Source of the DNA: an uncultured Gammaproteobacteria bacterium
GTDB lineage: Bacteria > Patescibacteriota > Patescibacteriia > UBA9934
Assembly: GCA_964344415.1 (NCBI GenBank)
Contig: CAYFMS010000001.1
Location: forward strand, 186,620 to 250,619
Direction of reading: 5' to 3'
Length of the DNA: 64,000 bases
In this document: positions 18,039 to 27,402 of the stretch, in pieces
How positions within the stretch are numbered: position 1 is the first letter of the stretch
Layout: the number at the start of each line of letters is the position of its first letter
Notes under the pieces: model-generated
What the model saw: only the letters and a program-made list of their open reading frames with translations
Told to the model about the DNA's origin: nothing
Database searches by the model: none
Made by a program: the position numbers and the translations under genes

Positions 18039-19480
18039 AAGTTTCCTTTTGGAAAGAAAACAGCATGAGGTGTCTTTAGCAGGATAATAATATCGAGTAC
18101 GGGAGACCAGTTTTGAATATAATGCATATCAAGTGCGACTTCATCTTCAAAACGTAGATTTGCTCGTCCGCTCACCTGCGCCATCCCGGTAATGCCGGGC
18201 TTAATAGTCAGAACGCGTCGTTGATGAGGTTCATACATATCAACCTCTTCAGGCAAATGAGGTCTAGGACCAACAAGGCTCATCTTTCCAATAAGCACGA
18301 GCCATAATTCGGGCAGCTCATCAATTGAAAATCTGCGAATAAATTTTCCGACCTTTGTAATGCGAGGGTCATTTTTGATTTTGACGAGTGCGCCCTCTCT
18401 TGTATCGAGTTCGGATAATTCTTCATAACGCTCAAAATGACGATCTGCCTCCATGGATCGGAATTTTATATAGTGAAATGGAATACCAAAGCGGCCGATT
18501 CTCATGGTCTTGCTCCCGTCTGGCAAGTGAGAGAAAAGAACACCGCCTTTTGATTCAAATGTGATGGCGATAGCGGCCATGATTTGAATTGGCAATGTCA
18601 AAATAATAAGTAGAGCAGAGCAAATAATATCAAAGATCCTTTTATAAATAGCCCCCCAGCCAACAAGGGGTGTTTTTGGAATTTCAACAACAGGATGCCC
18701 TGCAAATGTGTGAATAATTGGATGCATAGATCCTGCAGGGAAGAGGGATGCACAGTATTGGAAACTGATCTGTTCATTATCAGCAAATGATTTCATTTCA
18801 TCGATTTGATCTCTGGTCATTGTATTGTCAGCCAGAATAATAGTATCGACATTACCTTTCCGCCGTTTTTTGAAAATGGCCGTCTTTACATCATGAGAAA
18901 ATTTTCGGTAATGGGCAACAATGCTATATCCCATTTGTGGTCGCAATTTAAAATAAGATTGCAATTCATTCGCTTCAAATGATTCACCAATAATCACCGT
19001 TTTGCGAAGGCCGACGCCTTTCTTTCGTAATTTTCGCCGAATTATTCGAATAATAAACCTTCCAAGACTGATGAAGAATATTGATAATAGCCAAACAGCA
19101 AGGAAAATGAATCTTGATTCAAAGAGTTCGCGTGAAAAGAAGGCAATCATCAGAACGAGCCCCATTCCAGTACTTATTGCGAGTCCAATTCGGATGAATT
19201 CAATGGCTAAGCGTGATTGACGAATATTGTAGAGCCCTGAGAAGGCGAAAATAAAAAGAAATAAAATGGCGAAAATGGAGATAACGGATAGATAGTCAGA
19301 TAGTGGTAAATCGAAAGTGACATCTCGAATAGATCGAAGTGCCCTCGAGAAGCGCAAACTATACCCCACGATTGCAGCAAGAAGAAGCATGATGTAATCG
19401 AGGGGGATGAGGAGGGTTGTAAAAAAGAGGTCTATCCTTCGCATGCGTTTTACCTTAGCGAAAAAAATCATTTGTTTCAA
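18035..19480 (-). CDS. polyprenyl-phosphate sugar phosphotransferase (WbaP/bacterial sugar transferase family)
   Basis: C-terminal domain RIFDIICSALLIIL...KFRSM...DPRITKVGKFIRRFSIDELPELWLVLIGKMSLVGPRP is diagnostic; the ORF starts at TTG, and an ATG at 19469-19471 (MIFFAK...) is an alternative start. Confidence 0.8.
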   Translation of the reverse strand: MKQMIFFAKVKRMRRIDLFFTTLLIPLDYIMLLLAAIVGYSLRFSRALRSIRDVTFDLPLSDYLSVISIFAILFLFIFAFSGLYNIRQSRLAIEFIRIGLAISTGMGLVLMIAFFSRELFESRFIFLAVWLLSIFFISLGRFIIRIIRRKLRKKGVGLRKTVIIGESFEANELQSYFKLRPQMGYSIVAHYRKFSHDVKTAIFKKRRKGNVDTIILADNTMTRDQIDEMKSFADNEQISFQYCASLFPAGSMHPIIHTFAGHPVVEIPKTPLVGWGAIYKRIFDIICSALLIILTLPIQIMAAIAITFESKGGVLFSHLPDGSKTMRIGRFGIPFHYIKFRSMEADRHFERYEELSELDTREGALVKIKNDPRITKVGKFIRRFSIDELPELWLVLIGKMSLVGPRPHLPEEVDMYEPHQRRVLTIKPGITGMAQVSGRANLRFEDEVALDMHYIQNWSPVLDIIILLKTPHAVFFPKGNF

Positions 19481-19485
19481 TACAA

Positions 19486-19508
19486 AAAACCGCCGAAGCG
19501 GTTCTTTG
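19486..19508 (-). terminator. rho-independent terminator after the RNase P RNA
   Basis: Minus-sense AACCGC-TTCG-GCGGTTTTTTG. Confidence 0.5.
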
Positions 19509-19511
19509 ATT

Positions 19512-19975
19512 TCAGAAAACCGGTAAGCCGAATTCTGTCCTCGAATTCACCAGCAGGCCAGTGAATTGAGTGATGATCATCTATCTTGGGCGTATATTGC
19601 TATACGTCTCATGCGAGCTACCAAATTTGCTCTTGCACCGGAACGGGTTTACCGCAACCCCATGTCACCATGGAGCGAAATGCGTAGCCTTACGACATCG
19701 CATTACTTTTCACGTTTCACCCAGCTGGGCTGGGTTAGTATTGTCTCTGTGGCACTTTCCCTAAGCTTCGCTAGGCATTCCAGGAACAAGCGCTCTGCGC
19801 TCTTGAATCTTGCGATTCACCAGTTCCTTGAAAGCCAAGTTTATACCTCGGTCGCCGTTAGCGACGTTCCATTGCTTTTTACGTTGCCGTAAAAAGGGTG
19901 TTCGGACTTTCCTCACGCGCATCTGCGCGAGCGATCATCTAGTTTTCTAAATAATCCAGCAAGGCTGGACCAGGG
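19512..19975 (-). ncRNA. rnpB: RNase P RNA (bacterial type-A-like)
   Basis: Minus-sense carries GAGGAAAGTCCGAAC (P4 5' strand, plus 19904-19918 reverse-complemented), ACAGAATTCGGCTTA (P4 3' strand; plus 19525-19539), GGGTGAAACG and GGTAAACCCGTTCCGGTGCAAGAGCAAAT (cf. consensus GGUAAACCCCACCCGGAGCAAGGCCAAAU). End coordinates are approximate. Confidence 0.65.
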
Positions 19976-20067
19976 GACTATAGCAAAATATTCCGCTTTT
20001 GTCAATGCTCTCTATATAAAATAGTCCCCGCTACCGGTGTATTGGTAGCGGGGAGGATGTTCTCGCC

Positions 20068-20562
20068 CTACTTTTCCGCGATGGTGCGGACGTTCTCAGC
20101 CCCGCTTGCCGCGTAGGCGGCGCGGCGTTCGTTTCGACGGCTCAGTTCGTGGCTTCGAAGCCAGCCGTTCATCTCAGAGCTGTTGAAATCGGAGTTTTTC
20201 CAGACATGCTGGCCCATGTCCGCATCGTCGGTGATTTCGTTCCGCTCGAGAGGCTCGATCAAGCTCCCGACGTAGTCGACGAGCTGATGTGGGACCGGCT
20301 TGTCATGATCCTTGAACCGAGACTCGCTGATGTACAGGAGTCGGTACAGAATCACGGTGGCATACCTTACGTGGATGCCACCACTGTCTACGAGGAGCGT
20401 CAACCGATCGTGGTAGCTGATCAGGTTGGGGTGAATGTCGCGATCGATATTCGAAGACGGCGTCTGCTTGGCCGGGGCCGGCTTCGGCATCTCGTCGCTA
20501 TCGATGAATTGCGGAAGTTTGCTCCGTCGCTTGATGCGACGGGCGGGAGGAGTGATACTCAT
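20068..20562 (-). CDS. hypothetical protein in a short high-GC segment (164 aa)
   Basis: Good RBS (GGAGACAGGCC-ATG) and a hairpin+T terminator after the stop; G+C clearly above the neighbours. An antisense ORF at 20149-20595 was judged spurious. Confidence 0.45.
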   Translation of the reverse strand: MSITPPARRIKRRSKLPQFIDSDEMPKPAPAKQTPSSNIDRDIHPNLISYHDRLTLLVDSGGIHVRYATVILYRLLYISESRFKDHDKPVPHQLVDYVGSLIEPLERNEITDDADMGQHVWKNSDFNSSEMNGWLRSHELSRRNERRAAYAASGAENVRTIAEK

Positions 20563-20662
20563 GGCCTGTCTCCTTGGGGCTTCATGTCGTCATGACATGT
20601 AGAACCAAGGCGATTCTGCCATGAAAGGGCAAAAAAGTCAATGTAAAATCGTTACCAAAACA

Positions 20663-21643
20663 TCATCGCAGTCCCATGGACGCGTATATATCAATCATTT
20701 TTTCTTTTGCAATCATATGTGCGCGATCGGATCCGTTTTTAATAATAGAGTCTAATTCATCTTTATTTTGTAGAAAAGTATGTATTTTTGTGCGAATTGG
20801 GTGTAATGCCTGATCAATAGCCGTCGATAAATCATCTTTCAATTCCTTCATGCCAGCATCCCGATAGTGCATTGCAAGCTCTTCCTGCGTTTTTCCTGTC
20901 ACAAGATGAAAAATAGTTAATAAATTATATAGTCCGGCACGATTTGAATCTGCTGTAATTTCACGATTTGAATCAGTTACAGCGCTGCGAATTTTTTTAT
21001 GAATAATGTCCGTATCATCCATGATTGAAAGATAACTCTTTGCCGAAGCCGAGCTTTTACTCATTTTCTTTTCAGGTTCATTCAATGCGCGTATTCGTGC
21101 TCCGCTCTTCCGAATGGCTGGTTCTGGCATGGTTAATGTTTCTCCGAATCTATTATTAAATCGCTCAGCAAGATTGCGTGCGAGTTCAAGATGTTGTTTC
21201 TGATCATTTCCAACGGGGACAGTATCTGCGTCATAGAGCAAAATATCGGCAGCCATGAGTGAAGGGTAGGTGAATAACCCAACAGAAACACCGTCCTGAT
21301 TTTTTCCAGATTTGTCCTTGAACTGTGTCATGCGATTTGCTTCGCCCATCATGGTAATGGTTTGCATGATCCAGCCAAGCTCAGCATGTTCTGGCACGCG
21401 AGACTGTTGAAAGAGCACTGTTTTTTCTGGATCAATGCCTGCGGCAAGATAGGCAGCGACAGCAAAGCAGATATTTTCTTTTAATGCTTGTGGCTCTTGG
21501 GGGACGGTAATGGCATGTAAATCTGCAATCATCATGTAAAGTTCATGATCTTCTTGCATGTTTACGGCGGGGAGTAATGCCCCAAAATAATTTCCAATAT
21601 GCATCAAATTCGTCGGTTGAATCCCGGTAAGTGCTTTCTTCAT
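20663..21643 (-). CDS. trpS: tryptophanyl-tRNA synthetase
   Basis: TGIQPTNLMHIGNYFGA (HIGH-like) and KMSKSSASAKSY (KMSKS); start taken at MKKALTGIQP. Confidence 0.9.
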   Translation of the reverse strand: MKKALTGIQPTNLMHIGNYFGALLPAVNMQEDHELYMMIADLHAITVPQEPQALKENICFAVAAYLAAGIDPEKTVLFQQSRVPEHAELGWIMQTITMMGEANRMTQFKDKSGKNQDGVSVGLFTYPSLMAADILLYDADTVPVGNDQKQHLELARNLAERFNNRFGETLTMPEPAIRKSGARIRALNEPEKKMSKSSASAKSYLSIMDDTDIIHKKIRSAVTDSNREITADSNRAGLYNLLTIFHLVTGKTQEELAMHYRDAGMKELKDDLSTAIDQALHPIRTKIHTFLQNKDELDSIIKNGSDRAHMIAKEKMIDIYASMGLR

Positions 21644-21661
21644 ACGACTGCATTGTAACAA

Positions 21662-21690
21662 AAAACCGAGCTATACGCTCGGTTTTTTTC
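21662..21690. terminator. bidirectional hairpin terminator between rnj and trpS
   Basis: AAAAAACCGAGC-TATAC-GCTCGGTTTTTTT. Confidence 0.6.
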
Positions 21691-23594
21691 TATACTTCCA
21701 TAATGACTGGCATGACCATTGGTCTGCGCTCTGTTTTTTGGAAGAGATATTGTCCAACTTCATCGCGCACCAATTGTTTTACATGGTCGCGATCAGCAGG
21801 GGATTTTGGATCTGTTTTTTCGGCAATGACTTTTTGAATCATTTTCCGTGTTCCATTGATCAAATCCTTATTTTCTTTCATATGTACGAATCCACGACTG
21901 ACAAGATCGGGTAGTCCAACAACTTTTCCTGTTTCTTTTGCAATCTGGACGATGACAACGACGATTCCATCATCTGCAAGCGCGCGACGGTCTCGAAGTA
22001 CAACCTGCGATACATCACCAACGCCAAGTCCATCTACAAAGACATAGTCAGTCGGAACTTTTGTTTTGGTCAAGGTCGCGTCTGTTCCACCTTTCTTGTC
22101 TTTGCGGAGTTCCAGAATCTGTCCATTATCAGCTACGAAAACGTCCTCTTCTTTCCAACCCATACTGTAAGCAACATCAGCATTCTCTCGAAGGAGGAAA
22201 TGATTTCCTTCAATTGGCATATAGTATTTTGGTTTGAAGAGCGCAAGCATCAACTTGATGTCTTCCTTCTTTGCATGTCCACCGGCGTGAACATCCATCA
22301 TATCTTTATGAATAACTTTCGCTCGTTTTCGGTAGAAAACATCTTTCAATTTTTGAACAGATGCTTCATTTCCTGGAACGACAGATGAAGAGAAAATGAT
22401 GGTGTCACCTCGCTTCACTTTGATGAATCGATGTTCATCATGCGCAATACGTGACAGCGCGGCACGTTTTTCACCTTGAGCCCCAGTACAGACGACGGTA
22501 ATTTTCTCATCTGGGAATTTATTTGCACGCTCCATTGGAATGAGCGTTTTATCGCTAATTGAAATGAATCCAAGATGACGAGCGATCTCGACATTTGTTT
22601 TCATTGAATAACCATCAATCACAACTTTACGACCGAGCTTCTCAGAAATTTCAAGAAGCTGCTTCACACGAGACAGCAGGGAAGCGAATGTTCCAACGAT
22701 AACACGGCCTGGTGCTTTATCGATAATGCGCTCGAGTTCATCACCGATCACTTTCTCAGATGTCTGATGTCCTGGAATGCTCGCATTCGTTGAATCTCCC
22801 ATAAGAAGTGCAACGCCTTGTTCACCAAGTCGAGACATTTTATGGAAATCTGCCGTTGTTGTTCCTGCGGGGTGGAAATCATATTTCCAGTCACCCGTAT
22901 GGCAGATAATTCCGGCTGGTGTTTCTACAACAATACCAGCAGAATCTGGAATATTGTGATTAATGTGGAAGAAGTGAACTTTAAATACGCCAAGCTGTAA
23001 TTCGTCTTGAATTTTGATCGTTTTTACATTCACTTTTGCTGACTTGAAATCATCCTGTCGTTTTTTGATAATCCCCGCAGCGATTGGAAGAGCATACACA
23101 ACTGGATTACCAATATAGGGAACCGTATGTGGAATGGCACCAATATGGTCATAGTGACCATGCGTGATCACGACACCGCGGACATTTTTCTCCTTACCGC
23201 GCAGGTACTGCATGTTCGGAATAATATAATCTACCCCTGGCATGTCTTCTTCTGGGAATTGCAGACCAAGGTCGATGAGAATAATGTCATCTTTATATTC
23301 AATAAGTGTACAGTTTCGTCCAACTTCCTCGAGTCCTCCAAGAACGATAACGCGAACTTCTTCACCGGTTGGTGATTTGAAGGTCTTTGTTGATCGAATC
23401 TTCGGACGAGTATTTGGTCTCGAAATATGCCCTTTTTTATAGTAGCCAGATTGACTTCTCTTGCTGCCTCCTCGGCTACGTGGCCCTTTTGATTTGGCTG
23501 GCCGACCCTTTGTATTTCGTCCAGTCGATGGACGATTATTTGTTTTTGTATTCCTCGGCGCGGTTTTGCGCGAGGGCTTTGCTTTTTCTGTCAT
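21691..23594 (-). CDS. rnj: ribonuclease J (metallo-beta-lactamase/beta-CASP) with an N-terminal Arg/Lys-rich extension
   Basis: The VITHGHYDHIGAIP motif and beta-CASP region; first ~70 aa are basic low-complexity. Confidence 0.9.
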
Positions 23595-23764
23595 AGATTA
23601 GTTATGTAGTTAGTAGTAAATAGTAAGTAGTCGATATTGACGATTGACAGCAGATCTCAATTTATGAACCATAAACTTAGATCTGCTGTCATCCCGGACG
23701 AAGCGAAGCGCAGATCCGGGATCCAGCGTGATATACGCAGCAAAATTCGGTCTACGAAGATAAA

Positions 23765-25597
23765 TTACTCGGATTTTTCAATCACTTTTCGTGTCTTGAT
23801 GAACCAGTGTTCAATGCTTCCAAAACGATCAGAAGGACTTACAATGCGTTCTAAATTCGTTCCTTGAATTTTCTTTGCATGTGGATACGGATAAAGTGGC
23901 TGATAAAGGAAAATTGCCGGAATATCTTCTAAGATAATATCTTGTAATTCTCGATATGCTTCTGCACGTTCTTCAATATCTGTCGTCGTGCGACCATCTT
24001 CAATCAAGCCATCCGCATCTCTATTCGCATATTTTGCCAGATTCAACCCTTGCCCTGCGATTTGCGAGGAATGCCAGAATACATACGGATCTGGATCAAT
24101 TCCATACAATTCCCCCGATAGAAGCATTTCATAATTCTTATTCGGAATAATCTCATTTTGGAATTCCGTATTCGAAATCACCTGAATAGCTACGTCAACG
24201 CCAATTTCAGCCCATGCCGCTTTCAATAGCTCCGCCACAGCAACAAGTTCCGATGCATCAAGTGTTGTGAGCGTGAGTGTAAGCGTTTTGTCACCATCTT
24301 TTCTAACAGTTTCACCTTCTGCAAGATTCCAACCATCTTCCTCAAGAATAGATCGAGCTTTTTCAAGATTGAATTCATGCGTAAGAGGCTCTTCATATTC
24401 ACCAATCATCCCAGGAAGAATGAAAGAATGCACACTACGTGCTAATCCATTAAATGCTTCATTGACCAAGGCATCTTTATCTACGGCATGATTAAGTGCC
24501 TGCCTCACTTCGAGTGATGACAAAATGCTATTTGCATCATCATTCAGGAACACGGCCGTGTATTGCTGCAGAGCTGGTGTTGAAACCTCGACAGCATTTA
24601 CGCGATTAAAATGTTCTACTTCCGAAGCAGGAAGATAGGCGAGCCCTTCGACATTCTGATTCCGCAGCGCTTCAACAGCCGTTGTAATTTCTGGGTAGAA
24701 CTTCAAGGTGAGATTTTTGATGTAGACGTCATCGCCGTGATATCTATCATGACGAATAAGTGAATAGCTTCGAATATTTCCAAGACCGTCCCGAGAAATC
24801 TTATCAACACGATAAGGACCGCTTCCGATTGGCTTTCGATTGAATTCAGCATTTGGCGCATTGATTGGTGTCACATCTTGCCAAATATGAGATGGAAGAA
24901 TTCCGACCGTCAAAAGTGACAAGAATGGTGTAAATGGCTCATCAAGTATGAATTTTACCGTACGCTCATCAACTTGCTCAACGCCGATTCCTGAGAAGCT
25001 TATTTCAAGAGGGCTGCGATATTCCGGATTCTGTATTGCACTTACTGTGAAGATGATATCGTCAATTCGAACAGGATTTCCATCATGGAAACGTGCATTT
25101 TCTTTCAGTACAAATGTGTATTCAAGCTGATCTTCGGAGATTGAAAATGATTCCGCTAGGTCTGTGATAAGGCCTTCTTTGCTGTCAAAACGCATGAGTC
25201 CGCTAAAAATAAGCGTCGCGAGGTCGGTATCAACATCACTTGTGCTCGCATAGAGTGGATTAATCAGTTGCGGTGTTCCGATAAGTCCCTCTGTATACTC
25301 TCCACCGATTGCTGGAACGGAAATACGAGTGCTATTGATGAGTCTTATTCCAAGTGCGGCTCCTGCGAATACAAAAAGCAGCAGTGCAGAGAGTGCAATT
25401 CGTTTTTCCGTCTTGCTTAGAAGACGGGGAAGTTCGCGAAATTGGGACCAGGTTGGAATTTTTCGGTCACCACGAGCTTTAACGACCTGATGCATGGCAA
25501 GATCGCCGGCAGCACGTTTCGCTTGTGCATTCTTGCGCTGAAATTTTTTCAGTAAGCGCGCAAAAAATGATTGTTTATGTTGGCCAGATTCTGGCAT
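23765..25597 (-). CDS. ABC transporter substrate-binding protein, family 5 (peptide/nickel type), membrane-anchored
   Basis: 610 aa; N-terminal TM helix then an SBP_bac_5-like sequence; no permease or ATPase genes adjacent. Confidence 0.75.
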   Translation of the reverse strand: MPESGQHKQSFFARLLKKFQRKNAQAKRAAGDLAMHQVVKARGDRKIPTWSQFRELPRLLSKTEKRIALSALLLFVFAGAALGIRLINSTRISVPAIGGEYTEGLIGTPQLINPLYASTSDVDTDLATLIFSGLMRFDSKEGLITDLAESFSISEDQLEYTFVLKENARFHDGNPVRIDDIIFTVSAIQNPEYRSPLEISFSGIGVEQVDERTVKFILDEPFTPFLSLLTVGILPSHIWQDVTPINAPNAEFNRKPIGSGPYRVDKISRDGLGNIRSYSLIRHDRYHGDDVYIKNLTLKFYPEITTAVEALRNQNVEGLAYLPASEVEHFNRVNAVEVSTPALQQYTAVFLNDDANSILSSLEVRQALNHAVDKDALVNEAFNGLARSVHSFILPGMIGEYEEPLTHEFNLEKARSILEEDGWNLAEGETVRKDGDKTLTLTLTTLDASELVAVAELLKAAWAEIGVDVAIQVISNTEFQNEIIPNKNYEMLLSGELYGIDPDPYVFWHSSQIAGQGLNLAKYANRDADGLIEDGRTTTDIEERAEAYRELQDIILEDIPAIFLYQPLYPYPHAKKIQGTNLERIVSPSDRFGSIEHWFIKTRKVIEKSE

Positions 25598-25623
25598 GTT
25601 TCAAAGGTAAAACGAGGTTTACT

Positions 25624-25836
25624 TTAGAAGAGAATATTTGCAAGTGAAATCCCGAAAAAGAGAATGGCAATGACAATTGTTGCCGTTTGAAGCTTCTTTT
25701 CAATGCCGCGTTTCGTTCGAAAAACGGACCCATCTCCTCCGAATCCTGCACCAAGACCCGTTCCTTGTGCTTGAATCAGTACTGCTGCGATGAGTAGTAC
25801 GGAAAGGGCAATAATGATGACTGTAAATACTGTTTC
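25624..25836 (-). CDS. secG: preprotein translocase subunit SecG
   Basis: METVFTVIIIALSVLLIAAVLIQAQGTGLGAGFGGDGSVFRTKRG... is the typical SecG pattern; start taken at MET. Confidence 0.7.
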   Translation of the reverse strand, partial: ETVFTVIIIALSVLLIAAVLIQAQGTGLGAGFGGDGSVFRTKRGIEKKLQTATIVIAILFFGISLANILF

Positions 25837-25897
25837 CATATCGATCCGCAGCCTATCATGCGTGGCTTCTGCCGTCAATGGTACAATAAAGCTGATT

Positions 25898-27346
25898 ATG
25901 AAATTCTACGCTAAGCTTCTTGTCTTCAGTATATCACTTTTTTTGGTTTTAAGTCCTGTGCTTGTTTTTGGGCAATCTGTTGATAGTTGTGATTGTTTTT
26001 GCGCGAGTTCTGGCGGTGCGCTTGAAATCCCAAATATACGTGGAATAAATGCATGTCAGGATGAATGTTCGCGCAAAGGTACGGATATTTTGGGTTGCTA
26101 TACCGATGAACAGAGCAATTTGAGGCCAGAAAATTCTTCACTTTGCTGGACGCCAAGTGAATGCCGGACAGAATTTGATTCTAGAGTTCAGGAAGGAAAT
26201 CTGTCTGCCCTGTGGGATCAGGCACGTTATTGGGAGCAGTCGTCATCTTGTCTGCAAGGCGAGGGAGCATGTTATCCACCAACGCCACGGTTTAATTTGA
26301 ATGTGCCACTTTCGGGCCTCCGCTCCGTTGATGGAATTGTTGGTTATGTAAACGTTGCCTACTCTGTTTTACTCGTCGCGGCATCGGTTTTGTCCGTACT
26401 CGTCATCATGTTTGCTGGACTTAAATGGATGACGGCCCGCGGTAATCCATCGCAAGTTGATTCGGCAAAGCAAATGATTGGCCGCGCACTTGTCACGGTT
26501 GTAGTACTTCTTTCTATTACGGCCCTTGCGGAATTCATTGACCCGCGCCTGACGCGTTTTGATATTTTAAAGACGGGATTAGTGAATCAGGTTCAATTCA
26601 TTCCAGAGGGTGCAAGCTGCGAGCAGCTCATGGCTGATCACGGTGCCACGGTTACGGCAAAGACAAATGATACAACATGTGGAAATGAAGGGATTATTGA
26701 GGATCTTGGGACACTTGCGGATGGATTAACGGTTGGCATTACCGTTGGGGACACATGTACATATCAACGCTGTGCAAATGGATCTGCAGAATCATGTTTG
26801 CAGGTGCAAGGTGAGTGGGAATGTCTGCGATGCGGGAATATTGTCGAAGGAATGTTGGGAGAGGATGCTGGCCGGACGGGTCTACATCCATCTGAAACGG
26901 TTTGTTCAAATATGACATTGCTCCCAGCGGTTGAAGATCAGCTTGCGGGGAAGGATATTGTGCATATGTGTCAATTTTATGATTCTGCTTGGAGCACTAC
27001 TTCGGGCGCTCTAGAGCAGGATGCATGTGTTGAGCTTGTTTATCAAAGTGATGCAGGGATCAAATGTGAAAATCTTCGCGACTCGGGCCTTGGATGCCAA
27101 GCCTATGAAAATGTGACCGTGCAATATAGGCAAACACTCGGAGGGCAACTCGGAAGTTTTATCACAGGGAATGGCGTGAAGGCATTCGAAGGTGAAAATG
27201 GTGATTTCCCTCTTCTTAAAAATATTTGTGACAATGATATTTGCGGGTTGAGTACGTCTGGATGCTCATTTGATATGCGTTTTGAGCAGGTATTAGGTTT
27301 CGATGCGGAAGGGCTAGGAACAATGCCAACCTGCCGCGAAAATTGA
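25898..27346 (+). CDS. secreted cysteine-rich protein with an internal pilin-like hydrophobic hairpin
   Basis: Signal peptide MKFYAKLLVFSISLFLVLSPVLVFGQ; more than 30 Cys in two extracytoplasmic blocks separated by LLVAASVLSVLVIMFAGLKWMTARGNP...IGRALVTVVVLLSITALAEF (two TM segments resembling VirB2/TrbC-type pilins). Confidence 0.6.
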   Translation: MKFYAKLLVFSISLFLVLSPVLVFGQSVDSCDCFCASSGGALEIPNIRGINACQDECSRKGTDILGCYTDEQSNLRPENSSLCWTPSECRTEFDSRVQEGNLSALWDQARYWEQSSSCLQGEGACYPPTPRFNLNVPLSGLRSVDGIVGYVNVAYSVLLVAASVLSVLVIMFAGLKWMTARGNPSQVDSAKQMIGRALVTVVVLLSITALAEFIDPRLTRFDILKTGLVNQVQFIPEGASCEQLMADHGATVTAKTNDTTCGNEGIIEDLGTLADGLTVGITVGDTCTYQRCANGSAESCLQVQGEWECLRCGNIVEGMLGEDAGRTGLHPSETVCSNMTLLPAVEDQLAGKDIVHMCQFYDSAWSTTSGALEQDACVELVYQSDAGIKCENLRDSGLGCQAYENVTVQYRQTLGGQLGSFITGNGVKAFEGENGDFPLLKNICDNDICGLSTSGCSFDMRFEQVLGFDAEGLGTMPTCREN

Positions 27347-27402
27347 TAGCTTGATCCATCTTCATTTCCATGCTATCGTCGGCCGTACTTAATGGCCTTC
27401 AC

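Noticed and set aside
19566-19892. ORFs 19566-19892(+) and 19570-19764(+)
   Set aside because: They overlap the RNase P RNA identified by the P4 and loop motifs, and have no RBS
20149-20595. 148-aa plus-strand ORF antisense to 20068-20562
   Set aside because: GTG start with no RBS; the minus-strand ORF has a strong RBS and a terminator. High GC generates long antisense ORFs
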